Origin: the human T2T-CHM13v2.0 reference genome, Homo sapiens
Strand: one strand, 5' to 3'
Length of the DNA stretch: 64,000 bases
NCBI RefSeq assembly: GCF_009914755.1
Contig: NC_060935.1
Shown: in pieces, positions 31,681 to 47,639 of the stretch
Position numbering within the stretch: position 1 is the stretch's first letter
How the letters are laid out: every line of letters begins with the position of its first letter
Program-made: the position numbers and the translations under genes
The notes under the pieces: model-generated
The model's database searches: none
What the model saw: only the letters and a program-made list of their open reading frames with translations
What the model was told of the DNA's origin: nothing

Positions 31681-31975
31681 GTGAATGATATTACTAATTC
31701 ATGTTTTTAATGCTTACCTATAAGTAATTACCCTATGAATACAATGAACTTGTTCTCTTCTACTTTTTGCTTTGTGGTGTGTATAAAACATCTTTGGTTT
31801 AATTTGATCCCCTGATTCTTTGAGAGGAATTTGGTGAGGTTGCCAGAGTGGATGGATCTTTCTCTTGGTGGCCTGAAATTATCCTCGTATTAACAGAGAA
31901 GCTGGTTTGAAGATTTTTCATGTGGTATCTAAATGAGTGTTTACATATTTACATTTTGTTTGTGTTTTCTTTTAG

Positions 31976-32049
31976 CAAATGGAACGTGTTTTTCCATGGT
32001 TCAGTGTCAAAAAGTCCAGGTTTTGGGAGCCAAATAAAGTATCAAGCAA
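31976..32049 (+). CDS. KMT2A: Exon 18 (74 nt), QMERVFPWF
   Basis: ttttag|CAAATG...AAGCAA|gtaagt. Confidence 0.95.
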
Positions 32050-32429
32050 GTAAGTGAATTTAGCATAACTTTTTTTTCTCCTCATCGGCTAGAAATCTGA
32101 GAGTTCTCATATTTCTAGATTGCAGTTTTCCAAAAGGTTTTAATACTAGAAATGAATTGGTTGAAATGCCTTTTCGGTGTGGTTTTGAGGACTACATTTA
32201 ATGTTTGTTATAAGCAATTGCCTTTTTGTTCTTTACTTTTATATTTGTTTTATTGTAGGGAGCTTGGTTTAATTGTGACAAATGTACAATACATGTGTGG
32301 TACAGCCATGTAGCTGGCCTTGTTATAAATGGGTTCTGTTTGACTGATAGTTCAAATGGTGCTTTGTACTGCTCTTGATTTTCCATATGTAACCTTTAAT
32401 TTTTATTCCAGTAAATTCTTTTGATTTGA

Positions 32430-32618
<189 letters not shown>

Positions 32619-32981
32619 TAATAGAGACTGGGTTTCACCATTTTGGCCAGGATGGTCTTGATCTCTTGACCTGGTGATCCGCCTGCCTCACCCTCCCAAA
32701 AGTGCTGGGATTACAGGCATGAGCCACCATGCCCGGCCTCTTTTGAGTTTTTGATAGGGTTATCATTTGTTTCAGCAAGTTTAACCAAGAGTCATATGTT
32801 GAGATATTTTTTAAAATATTGAGTTCTGTGTACTTCAGCAATTTTCAAACGCTGTGACTTGTTCTTATATTCTGTGAATGGCTCCTACATGGGGCAACAG
32901 GTGATATCAAGAATTTATTTTATACAGTTCTAGGTATACTGTAGGAGTTCAATAAATGCTTGTTGAATCAATTATTTTCAG

Positions 32982-33175
32982 CAGTGGGATGTTACCAAAC
33001 GCAGTGCTTCCACCTTCACTTGACCATAATTATGCTCAGTGGCAGGAGCGAGAGGAAAACAGCCACACTGAGCAGCCTCCTTTAATGAAGAAAATCATTC
33101 CAGCTCCCAAACCCAAAGGTCCTGGAGAACCAGACTCACCAACTCCTCTGCATCCTCCTACACCACCAATTTTGA
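32982..33175 (+). CDS. KMT2A: Exon 19 (194 nt), HCF-1-binding motif DHNY at 33022-33033
   Basis: tttcag|CAGTGG...TTTTGA|gtaagc. Confidence 0.95.
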
Positions 33176-33542
33176 GTAAGCCACCAAAAGGAGAGTCGTC
33201 ACCCATTTCCCTCTAGATGCAGATGATTGACTTCGTGAATCCAATTCACTAAAATTAGATATACTTGGATATCAGAAAGGAATTTTCAGGTCATCCTTAA
33301 ATGTAATACCATCATTAATTTTGCTTCACTTGAGGTGTTAATGAGGACTTGATATAAATACTCTGGAGTATTGTAACATAGATGATGAGGTAGCGTAACT
33401 CTGAACACTTTTTGAAAAGTGGTTATTTTATAGGCTGTGGGCTATGTAAGCTGAATTATTTCTTTTTTCCTTGAAATCAGACATAGTATTGCCAATTTTA
33501 ACTGGATCTCAAGGTATTGATGGGAGTCTTTTGGATTTCAAG

Positions 33543-33649
33543 GTACTGATAGGAGTCGAGAAGACAGTCCAGAGCTGAACCCACCCCCAGGCATAGAAGA
33601 CAATAGACAGTGTGCGTTATGTTTGACTTATGGTGATGACAGTGCTAAT
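33543..33649 (+). CDS. KMT2A: Exon 20 (107 nt), start of extended PHD4 (DNRQCALC)
   Basis: ttcaag|GTACTG...GCTAAT|gtaagt. Confidence 0.94.
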
Positions 33650-34009
33650 GTAAGTACTTTGCAACACAGGGCCCTAGTTAATACATACTCCAAAAGAACT
33701 GTTTGTCCTTGTGTCCATACTTGATGACTGGGTGCCATTTATTTAATGAACTTACTTATAACTTACTAATTTATAACTTTTATTTACCTATAACTTATAA
33801 CTTATTAATTTGTAACTTATTTTTTGTCACTTAGTTCATGGCACTTGGAGTTTTTTAATGACTGATTTTGTTGATTAAAAGGTGACTGATTTGCCTTAAA
33901 TTAAACCCTTGATGTCTAGTAATTTCTAATGGAAGTTCCTCAAGAATATTTTGTGAAAGTTAATAAAATCTAAGTTGCATATTAAAAAGCTTGTGTTTCA
34001 TATAGGATA

Positions 34010-34565
<556 letters not shown>

Positions 34566-35217
34566 TGAGCCACCGTGCCCGGCCAAAAGCTTTTAAATAC
34601 CATCTGAGAGAACTGGCTTTGAAATACAGTTTATAGATGTCACTGCACATTTTTATAAACTTACCACCTATTGCTCTTTTTGTTTGTTTCCTTTTGAGAC
34701 CAGGTCTTGCTCTGTCACCCAGACTAGAGTACAGTGGCATGCTTTTGGCTCACTGCAATCTCGGCTTCCGGGGCTCAAGTGATCCTCCTACCTCAGCCTC
34801 CTGAGTAGCTGAGACCACAGATGCGCACCACCATGCCTGGCTAATTTTTGTTTTGTTTTTGTTGAGACAAAGTCTCCCTATGTTGCCCAGGCTGGTCTCA
34901 AACTCTTGGGCTCAAGCGATCCTACCACTTCAGCCTCCAAAAGTGCTGGGATTACAGACGTGAACCACCATACCCAGCTCATTTTTTTATTCTCTAGATT
35001 TGTAAAATAGTTTCAGTCTATGGAAAAAGTAATCTTGAAAAGAAGGAAGTGGAAACAGAGCAACGTTGCAAAAAGAATTCTGATTTCTGTGTGCCTCCCT
35101 CCATTAAAGAATTATAGTTGCTTTCTTGAGGTTATCTTCACTGGAAAAGCTAATGCCGAGGAAAACCTCCTTTGGCATTATATTCTTTAGGAAAAAAGAA
35201 ATCTCTTTATTTTATAG

Positions 35218-35355
35218 GATGCTGGTCGTTTGCTATATATTGGCCAAAATGAGTGGACACATGTAAATTGTGCTTTGTGGTCAGCGGAAGTGTTTGAAGA
35301 TGATGACGGATCACTAAAGAATGTGCATATGGCTGTGATCAGGGGCAAGCAGCTG
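35218..35355 (+). CDS. KMT2A: Exon 21 (138 nt), ePHD4 (WTHVNCALWS)
   Basis: ttatag|GATGCT...CAGCTG|gtaaga. Confidence 0.96.
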
Positions 35356-35651
35356 GTAAGACCTTATGGGTAAATTTTATGAAAGAGAGTCCCTCTCAGT
35401 TTCCAGATATTCTTCCTGTGGGTGAATATGGCCTCCCTGATATTTTTCACAGTGCCATCAGGGTAGTTAGCCAACAAGTATTGATATACATAATTCAACA
35501 GATAAAATGATAAATTTTATCTGTTTTCAATTTATCAATAGATAAAATGAATTGTAGGAACTGTAGAATGGGATGAGTCTATAGAGGAGACGGTAAACGT
35601 CTTAAAACATATGAAAGTCTGAATAGGACTCTGTTCTTTTTGGATTTTTAG

Positions 35652-35810
35652 AGATGTGAATTCTGCCAAAAGCCAGGAGCCACCGTGGGTTGCTGTCTCA
35701 CATCCTGCACCAGCAACTATCACTTCATGTGTTCCCGAGCCAAGAACTGTGTCTTTCTGGATGATAAAAAAGTATATTGCCAACGACATCGGGATTTGAT
35801 CAAAGGCGAA
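35652..35810 (+). CDS. KMT2A: Exon 22 (159 nt), PHD4 (CEFC...YHFMC...CQRH)
   Basis: ttttag|AGATGT...GGCGAA|gtgaga. Confidence 0.95.
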
Positions 35811-35851
35811 GTGAGAGAGCTTTAGTTGCTTTAAAAAAAAAAAAAAAAGAC

Positions 35852-36330
35852 TTTTTTAGAGCAGTTTTAGGTTCACAGCAAAATTGACTGGAAGGTACAG
35901 AGATTTCCCATATGCCCCCTGCACCCACATATGCACAGCCTCCCCCATGATCAGCATCCCCCACCAGAGTGGTGCATTTGTTACAGTGGATAAACCTACA
36001 CTGGACACATGGTTATCACCCTGACTCCTGTAGTTTACATCAGCATTCACTCTTGGTGTTGTACATTCTGTGGGTTTGGACAAATGTATAATGATGTATA
36101 TCCACCATTATACCATCATATGGAGTATTTTCGCTGCCTTAAACATCCTCTGTGCTCTGCCTATTCATCCCTGCCTCTCCCCAACCCTGGGCAACCACTG
36201 ATGTTTTTACTATCTCCATAGTCTTGCCATTTGCAGAGTTTCACATAGTTGGAATCATATAGTACATAGCCTTTTCAGACTGGCTTCTTCTGCATAGCAT
36301 TTAAGTTTCCTTCAAGTCTTTTCATGGCTT
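35852..36330 (-). mobile_element. L1MB-type 3' end fragment
   Basis: gagcagttttaggttcacagcaaaattga...ccaccagagtggtgcatttgttaca. Confidence 0.75.
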
Positions 36331-36585
36331 ATTTAGTTGCTTTTTGAATTATTTCGAAATGCAAAAGAAAAACAAAAATACAGCAAGATGATAAACTGTT
36401 TTGCTTTTCTACTTGGTGTTCCTAGAGGCACCACCTCTTTTGGGAAATACAGAAGTGTCCTGCTAAGTGAAACAGAAGGATGCTTTTGAGATATGCTATG
36501 TGCCTTCCACTCTGAGACAGTCAGGATCATAAGTATAATGTGCAAAGGGACAGCCTATTAACAGCTACCATGGGTTTTATTTAAG

Positions 36586-36703
36586 GTGGTTCCTGAGAAT
36601 GGATTTGAAGTTTTCAGAAGAGTGTTTGTGGACTTTGAAGGAATCAGCTTGAGAAGGAAGTTTCTCAATGGCTTGGAACCAGAAAATATCCACATGATGA
36701 TTG
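36586..36703 (+). CDS. KMT2A: Exon 23 (118 nt), lead-in to FYRN
   Basis: tttaag|GTGGTT...TGATTG|gtatga. Confidence 0.94.
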
Positions 36704-36803
36704 GTATGACCTAGCCTTGGTTATTGGGGAAGGCTGTATATATCATTGGGGAAATTTCTGGTCCTCAGTTATAAAATGACCCTCAGCCAGGTGTGGTGTC
36801 TCA

Positions 36804-37058
<255 letters not shown>

Positions 37059-37117
37059 TCAAAAAAATAAAATGACGCTCATAATCTTCTCTAATCGGTT
37101 CTTCTTTCCTTGGTCAG

Positions 37118-37196
37118 GGTCTATGACAATCGACTGCTTAGGAATTCTAAATGATCTCTCCGACTGTGAAGATAAGCTCTTTCCTATTGGATATCA
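37118..37196 (+). CDS. KMT2A: Exon 24 (79 nt), FYRN (LFPIGY)
   Basis: ggtcag|GGTCTA...ATATCA|gtaagt. Confidence 0.95.
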
Positions 37197-38269
37197 GTAA
37201 GTAGCACTATAAAGAGAAGAGAGCAGCCCCACAACCTGAACACACTGAAGCCATGTGCAGGTCATTAAATGTAGAGGCATACCTGTTAGCTACTTTAAAC
37301 TGCTACTAAAAATTAATCACTTATTTTGCTAGTTCTCGGATTCGTCTGCTTGTAGATTGGGACTATGTTAGCGGAATCCAGTTATAGAAGGAAAGTATTA
37401 TTGACATAATTTCAGAATTACTTAAAAATAAAACCTTAGTAGAAAACACAAGGTCAGTCTCTTAAGATTCCTCCAAATTCCATTCATCTCCATGCAGAAG
37501 TGCAGATTGTTTTTATGGATAAAACAGCTCATGCCCTGTTCCCAACTTTACAGTTTATAAGTCCTTCTAAAACTATAAATCCACACAATAATCATCAAAT
37601 TTTTCAATAAGAATTTATAATCTTACCTATATGAAGTAAGTTGTTAAAATGTCTAACAAGCTAACAATATAAGTTCAAAATTCCCCTTCTACCACTCCCG
37701 CGTTGGAGTCTCATTTTGCAATATATGCTCCAACTTACTCTGTATTCCTATTCCTATGACACAGTCTGTGCTCCACATTTAGCTGGCAGCTTTTCACACA
37801 AACCAGATTCCACTAGCATTCAGCAGATTTGAAGCAGTTACATTTCTCTTGTCTCATGGGGCTCTTCTCCCAAAGGAAACACCTCAGGTTTGCCCTTTGT
37901 TTTATTTTCAGGCCGTACTTTGTATACATTGTAAGGCAATAGTTCGGTCCTGAAGGCCAAAACTAATTTTTGTAATGGTTAATATTTTTCTTTCTCTTGC
38001 TTTTAGGATGTTTTACTATATTTGGTGCCTGCTTATGGTACAAGAAAAAAAGATCTTAGGCTATTTTCTGAGAGGCTAAGAAAAACCAAGGACTTCAAAA
38101 AGCTTGGAACAACCTAACTAGGGGAATCTATACTAAGAACCCATAAAATAAAGCTAAACTCTGTAATTAAGAGGGCCAGGGAACCTAGGATAAAGAGAGG
38201 TTTTGAAAAATGCTAGTTTCTGCTTCTATCCTCTCCCTTATGATGATTTTCCCAAATCTGTTTACCCAG

Positions 38270-38430
38270 GTGTTCCAGGGTATACTGGAGCACCACAGAT
38301 GCTCGCAAGCGCTGTGTATATACATGCAAGATAGTGGAGTGCCGTCCTCCAGTCGTAGAGCCGGATATCAACAGCACTGTTGAACATGATGAAAACAGGA
38401 CCATTGCCCATAGTCCAACATCTTTTACAG
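38270..38430 (+). CDS. KMT2A: Exon 25 (161 nt), FYRN (CSRVYWST)
   Basis: acccag|GTGTTC...TTACAG|gttagt. Confidence 0.95.
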
Positions 38431-38954
38431 GTTAGTCTTGAATCAAGATGGGACTTGAGGCTGGGCACAGTGGCTCACGCCTGTAATCGCAGCACTTTGG
38501 GAGGCTGAGGCAGGTGAATCACTTGAGGCCAGGAGTTCAAGAACAGCCTGGCCAACATGGTGAAACCCCATCTCTACTAAAAATACAAAAAAATTAGCCA
38601 GGCATGGTGGCAGGCACCTGTAATCCCAGTAATCCCAGCCACTCAGGAGGCAGAGGCACAAGAATCACTTGAACCAGGGAGGCAGATGTTGCAGTCAGCC
38701 AAGATCACGCCACTGCCCTCCAGCCTGGGTGACAGAGTGAGACTGTGTCTCAAAGAAAAAAAAAAAAAGATGTGATGGAACTTGAATTCGATTCAGGGAG
38801 TACTATGATTGAAAGCTGGGGGAAAAGTCATTTACTTGGGAAGTCTCATTTGCTTCTAGTTTTACATTTACCTGATAGCTGACTTTTTATTGGTTAATTT
38901 GTTTGATATTTTAATTGGGCCTTTTTAGTTAAGAGTTTTTATTTCCTGCCACAG

Positions 38955-39140
38955 AAAGTTCATCAAAAGAGAGTCAAAACACAGCTGAAATTATAAGTCC
39001 TCCATCACCAGACCGACCTCCTCATTCACAAACCTCTGGCTCCTGTTATTATCATGTCATCTCAAAGGTCCCCAGGATTCGAACACCCAGTTATTCTCCA
39101 ACACAGAGATCCCCTGGCTGTCGACCGTTGCCTTCTGCAG
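38955..39140 (+). CDS. KMT2A: Exon 26 (186 nt)
   Basis: ccacag|AAAGTT...CTGCAG|gtaaaa. Confidence 0.95.
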
Positions 39141-39207
39141 GTAAAAGACTTTATTGACCTACTTGACCTAAGAAGATCAGCCCAAAGACTAATTTGTAAT
39201 TCTTTCA

Positions 39208-39580
<373 letters not shown>

Positions 39581-39680
39581 CTATAAATATATATATATAT
39601 AGTCAAATCATTGAAACCAGTGACTTCTACACATTTGTTCTATCTACAATAGCATTTATTACTTTTTCTCTCTTGTTTAG

Positions 39681-42600
39681 GAAGTCCTACCCCAACCACT
39701 CATGAAATAGTCACAGTAGGTGATCCTTTACTCTCCTCTGGACTTCGAAGCATTGGCTCCAGGCGTCACAGTACCTCTTCCTTATCACCCCAGCGGTCCA
39801 AACTCCGGATAATGTCTCCAATGAGAACTGGGAATACTTACTCTAGGAATAATGTTTCCTCAGTCTCCACCACCGGGACCGCTACTGATCTTGAATCAAG
39901 TGCCAAAGTAGTTGATCATGTCTTAGGGCCACTGAATTCAAGTACTAGTTTAGGGCAAAACACTTCCACCTCTTCAAATTTGCAAAGGACAGTGGTTACT
40001 GTAGGCAATAAAAACAGTCACTTGGATGGATCTTCATCTTCAGAAATGAAGCAGTCCAGTGCTTCAGACTTGGTGTCCAAGAGCTCCTCTTTAAAGGGAG
40101 AGAAGACCAAAGTGCTGAGTTCCAAGAGCTCAGAGGGATCTGCACATAATGTGGCTTACCCTGGAATTCCTAAACTGGCCCCACAGGTTCATAACACAAC
40201 ATCTAGAGAACTGAATGTTAGTAAAATCGGCTCCTTTGCTGAACCCTCTTCAGTGTCGTTTTCTTCTAAAGAGGCCCTCTCCTTCCCACACCTCCATTTG
40301 AGAGGGCAAAGGAATGATCGAGACCAACACACAGATTCTACCCAATCAGCAAACTCCTCTCCAGATGAAGATACTGAAGTCAAAACCTTGAAGCTATCTG
40401 GAATGAGCAACAGATCATCCATTATCAATGAACATATGGGATCTAGTTCCAGAGATAGGAGACAGAAAGGGAAAAAATCCTGTAAAGAAACTTTCAAAGA
40501 AAAGCATTCCAGTAAATCTTTTTTGGAACCTGGTCAGGTGACAACTGGTGAGGAAGGAAACTTGAAGCCAGAGTTTATGGATGAGGTTTTGACTCCTGAG
40601 TATATGGGCCAACGACCATGTAACAATGTTTCTTCTGATAAGATTGGTGATAAAGGCCTTTCTATGCCAGGAGTCCCCAAAGCTCCACCCATGCAAGTAG
40701 AAGGATCTGCCAAGGAATTACAGGCACCACGGAAACGCACAGTCAAAGTGACACTGACACCTCTAAAAATGGAAAATGAGAGTCAATCCAAAAATGCCCT
40801 GAAAGAAAGTAGTCCTGCTTCCCCTTTGCAAATAGAGTCAACATCTCCCACAGAACCAATTTCAGCCTCTGAAAATCCAGGAGATGGTCCAGTGGCCCAA
40901 CCAAGCCCCAATAATACCTCATGCCAGGATTCTCAAAGTAACAACTATCAGAATCTTCCAGTACAGGACAGAAACCTAATGCTTCCAGATGGCCCCAAAC
41001 CTCAGGAGGATGGCTCTTTTAAAAGGAGGTATCCCCGTCGCAGTGCCCGTGCACGTTCTAACATGTTTTTTGGGCTTACCCCACTCTATGGAGTAAGATC
41101 CTATGGTGAAGAAGACATTCCATTCTACAGCAGCTCAACTGGGAAGAAGCGAGGCAAGAGATCAGCTGAAGGACAGGTGGATGGGGCCGATGACTTAAGC
41201 ACTTCAGATGAAGACGACTTATACTATTACAACTTCACTAGAACAGTGATTTCTTCAGGTGGAGAGGAACGACTGGCATCCCATAATTTATTTCGGGAGG
41301 AGGAACAGTGTGATCTTCCAAAAATCTCACAGTTGGATGGTGTTGATGATGGGACAGAGAGTGATACTAGTGTCACAGCCACAACAAGGAAAAGCAGCCA
41401 GATTCCAAAAAGAAATGGTAAAGAAAATGGAACAGAGAACTTAAAGATTGATAGACCTGAAGATGCTGGGGAGAAAGAACATGTCACTAAGAGTTCTGTT
41501 GGCCACAAAAATGAGCCAAAGATGGATAACTGCCATTCTGTAAGCAGAGTTAAAACACAGGGACAAGATTCCTTGGAAGCTCAGCTCAGCTCATTGGAGT
41601 CAAGCCGCAGAGTCCACACAAGTACCCCCTCCGACAAAAATTTACTGGACACCTATAATACTGAGCTCCTGAAATCAGATTCAGACAATAACAACAGTGA
41701 TGACTGTGGGAATATCCTGCCTTCAGACATTATGGACTTTGTACTAAAGAATACTCCATCCATGCAGGCTTTGGGTGAGAGCCCAGAGTCATCTTCATCA
41801 GAACTCCTGAATCTTGGTGAAGGATTGGGTCTTGACAGTAATCGTGAAAAAGACATGGGTCTTTTTGAAGTATTTTCTCAGCAGCTGCCTACAACAGAAC
41901 CTGTGGATAGTAGTGTCTCTTCCTCTATCTCAGCAGAGGAACAGTTTGAGTTGCCTCTAGAGCTACCATCTGATCTGTCTGTCTTGACCACCCGGAGTCC
42001 CACTGTCCCCAGCCAGAATCCCAGTAGACTAGCTGTTATCTCAGACTCAGGGGAGAAGAGAGTAACCATCACAGAAAAATCTGTAGCCTCCTCTGAAAGT
42101 GACCCAGCACTGCTGAGCCCAGGAGTAGATCCAACTCCTGAAGGCCACATGACTCCTGATCATTTTATCCAAGGACACATGGATGCAGACCACATCTCTA
42201 GCCCTCCTTGTGGTTCAGTAGAGCAAGGTCATGGCAACAATCAGGATTTAACTAGGAACAGTAGCACCCCTGGCCTTCAGGTACCTGTTTCCCCAACTGT
42301 TCCCATCCAGAACCAGAAGTATGTGCCCAATTCTACTGATAGTCCTGGCCCGTCTCAGATTTCCAATGCAGCTGTCCAGACCACTCCACCCCACCTGAAG
42401 CCAGCCACTGAGAAACTCATAGTTGTTAACCAGAACATGCAGCCACTTTATGTTCTCCAAACTCTTCCAAATGGAGTGACCCAAAAAATCCAATTGACCT
42501 CTTCTGTTAGTTCTACACCCAGTGTGATGGAGACAAATACTTCAGTATTGGGACCCATGGGAGGTGGTCTCACCCTTACCACAGGACTAAATCCAAGCTT

Positions 42601-43929
42601 GCCAACTTCTCAATCTTTGTTCCCTTCTGCTAGCAAAGGATTGCTACCCATGTCTCATCACCAGCACTTACATTCCTTCCCTGCAGCTACTCAAAGTAGT
42701 TTCCCACCAAACATCAGCAATCCTCCTTCAGGCCTGCTTATTGGGGTTCAGCCTCCTCCGGATCCCCAACTTTTGGTTTCAGAATCCAGCCAGAGGACAG
42801 ACCTCAGTACCACAGTAGCCACTCCATCCTCTGGACTCAAGAAAAGACCCATATCTCGTCTACAGACCCGAAAGAATAAAAAACTTGCTCCCTCTAGTAC
42901 CCCTTCAAACATTGCCCCTTCTGATGTGGTTTCTAATATGACATTGATTAACTTCACACCCTCCCAGCTTCCTAATCATCCAAGTCTGTTAGATTTGGGG
43001 TCACTTAATACTTCATCTCACCGAACTGTCCCCAACATCATAAAAAGATCTAAATCTAGCATCATGTATTTTGAACCGGCACCCCTGTTACCACAGAGTG
43101 TGGGAGGAACTGCTGCCACAGCGGCAGGCACATCAACAATAAGCCAGGATACTAGCCACCTCACATCAGGGTCTGTGTCTGGCTTGGCATCCAGTTCCTC
43201 TGTCTTGAATGTTGTATCCATGCAAACTACCACAACCCCTACAAGTAGTGCGTCAGTTCCAGGACACGTCACCTTAACCAACCCAAGGTTGCTTGGTACC
43301 CCAGATATTGGCTCAATAAGCAATCTTTTAATCAAAGCTAGCCAGCAGAGCCTGGGGATTCAGGACCAGCCTGTGGCTTTACCGCCAAGTTCAGGAATGT
43401 TTCCACAACTGGGGACATCACAGACCCCCTCTACTGCTGCAATAACAGCGGCATCTAGCATCTGTGTGCTCCCCTCCACTCAGACTACGGGCATAACAGC
43501 CGCTTCACCTTCTGGGGAAGCAGACGAACACTATCAGCTTCAGCATGTGAACCAGCTCCTTGCCAGCAAAACTGGGATTCATTCTTCCCAGCGTGATCTT
43601 GATTCTGCTTCAGGGCCCCAGGTATCCAACTTTACCCAGACGGTAGACGCTCCTAATAGCATGGGACTGGAGCAGAACAAGGCTTTATCCTCAGCTGTGC
43701 AAGCCAGCCCCACCTCTCCTGGGGGTTCTCCATCCTCTCCATCTTCTGGACAGCGGTCAGCAAGCCCTTCAGTGCCGGGTCCCACTAAACCCAAACCAAA
43801 AACCAAACGGTTTCAGCTGCCTCTAGACAAAGGGAATGGCAAGAAGCACAAAGTTTCCCATTTGCGGACCAGTTCTTCTGAAGCACACATTCCAGACCAA
43901 GAAACGACATCCCTGACCTCAGGCACAGG
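39681..43929 (+). CDS. KMT2A: Exon 27 (4,249 nt): Ser/Thr-rich region with Taspase-1 sites and transactivation domain
   Basis: gtttag|GAAGTC...CACAGG|gtgaga; ORF 39812..43933. Confidence 0.98.
41174..41350 (+). other. KMT2A: Taspase-1 cleavage sites CS1 (QVD/GADD, 41174-41194) and CS2 (QLD/GVDD, 41330-41350)
   Basis: Both motifs read directly from the translation. Confidence 0.96.
41702..41760 (+). other. KMT2A: CBP/p300 KIX-binding transactivation motif (ILPSDIMDFVLKNTP)
   Basis: Translation matches the known MLL TAD peptide. Confidence 0.93.
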
Positions 43930-44297
43930 GTGAGAGATCCAAATACTAGCTAGGCTGGGTCTGTGGGATTTCATGTTGTAAATTAGGGGCTGTTGATGTG
44001 GTAGTCCGGGAGAGACACTCTTCTGTTCAAGTTGCATTACCTGGGAGTTTTCCGGGTTTTGACTTTTTTTCTCTCTGAGTGGTGATTTATATAACAAAAT
44101 GTAGTTCCATCCATGGGCAGTTTGTCTCTTGAATAGAACCACATCTAATCACTTTTTGCTCTGATTTCAAACAGTGTTGCTGTTTGTTCCTGTTTCTTTT
44201 TTACTGAGGCTTATACTAGAATGATTATTCTTATCTTGAGGGCAAAGCTCCCTCTTGTAGATCCACAGAGTCCTTTTTTTAAAACTTTATCATTGAA

Positions 44298-46019
<1,722 letters not shown>

Positions 46020-46417
46020 GGTGAAAATTGATTGTGGTTTATAAGCTCATGCAGCTTATTTTTTAGTTTTAGTTAAGCCAGCTTACTTATTTAAGTAACT
46101 TTAGAATTGCTTCTGACAAGTGTCCTTTCATTTTTTTCTAATACTGAGTATGAGAAGAATTTCAAGGGCGCAATTTACAACTTTAAAAACAGAAACTTAA
46201 TGTCAGTATTTGGTAAAGAATCTCACAAAAGAGTTTTATGTTATGTACCATACAGTGGTGTGGTGGTTGTATTCATTCAACAAGTTCTACAGAAAGCCCC
46301 CTGTGGCTCATTTTCTAGCAGTTATTTTGTATACCACAGCTGTATAGAAAATTCTGGGTTTTTTCTTTGAATTGAAGAACTAGCTGATATTATATCTTAC
46401 ATTTGGTTTTTATTTAG

Positions 46418-46482
46418 GCAAGTCGCTGTTCTTCCGGAAGTTCAGGTGACCCAAAATCCAGCAAATGAACAAGAAAGTGCAG
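46418..46482 (+). CDS. KMT2A: Exon 29 (65 nt)
   Basis: atttag|GCAAGT...GTGCAG|gtatgt. Confidence 0.93.
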
Positions 46483-47230
46483 GTATGTGGGTGGGTAAAA
46501 GGTTAGAATCAGAGAATATCAATGCTAAAAGGATTATGAGAATCACCCACTTTACCTACTTATTTTCTACATTTAAAAAAAAAAAATCTAAGCTCCAAAG
46601 AAGTTAAGTGATTTGGCCCACATTGGACTGAAACTTGGCGCACCTGTCTCTCGGTGCAGTGTTCTTCCAGTACATATTGTGTGATCACCTGTCAGCTAAG
46701 GACTCAAGACCATACCCATACTCTTCTGCTGTACTGGTTTTACCAGCACTGAGGCTTAAATAGCTAGTAATAACCTGACTTCACTTTTTAGTTGTTACTA
46801 AAGAAAACTAAGAACCATTTTTATTAGATAGTCAGATTTTGGTTACAATACCAGATACATCTCCATGGCATTTTCCATCAGTTCTAATGAATTTGATTAG
46901 GAAACAAATGGTCACTTCAAGATTAGAGAGTTCTGGGTATAACTCTATTGAGGACAGTTGCTTATTGAAAAACTATCAGATCGTCATACTAGAAATTCTA
47001 CCACAGAGAGCATAACTTCATGTAAAAAAAAATCTGGTTTTAGTCACCACTTTCTAGCAATGACCTAGGCAAGCTCTTTGAGTCTTGGGTTTGTTATCTA
47101 TAAATGGGAATAATAAACCAACTGTGGAATGTTGTTAGGCTTAGAGATCATTTATGTAAAGTACTCTACATGTAGTCAGTGCTCAGTGAGCATTTGTTAC
47201 TGCAACCACTATCTATTTTCTCCCTATTAG

Positions 47231-47401
47231 AACCTAAAACAGTGGAAGAAGAGGAAAGTAATTTCAGCTCCCCACTGATGCTTTGGCTTCAGCAAGAACA
47301 AAAGCGGAAGGAAAGCATTACTGAGAAAAAACCCAAGAAAGGACTTGTTTTTGAAATTTCCAGTGATGATGGCTTTCAGATCTGTGCAGAAAGTATTGAA
47401 G
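47231..47401 (+). CDS. KMT2A: Exon 30 (171 nt), start of FYRC (LVFEISSDDGF)
   Basis: tattag|AACCTA...TTGAAG|gtgagt. Confidence 0.96.
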
Positions 47402-47639
47402 GTGAGTGGATTAAATCAGGTTGACCCATCAGCAGAAGCCCTGTTTCAGCTAGAGCTTCATTTTCTGAGTATTAGCACCATTTAGGTGGCTGTTTTATGC
47501 TAGATGGTAGGGGGATACCTGGAGGCATCATACATTTTCCTTGTCCTTGAGAAGTTTGTCTTATTGGAGAAATAGCCATATTTTACATGAAAAGTTAATG
47601 ATACAGATTATGTTTTCAACATTGCACACACCTTAGTGG

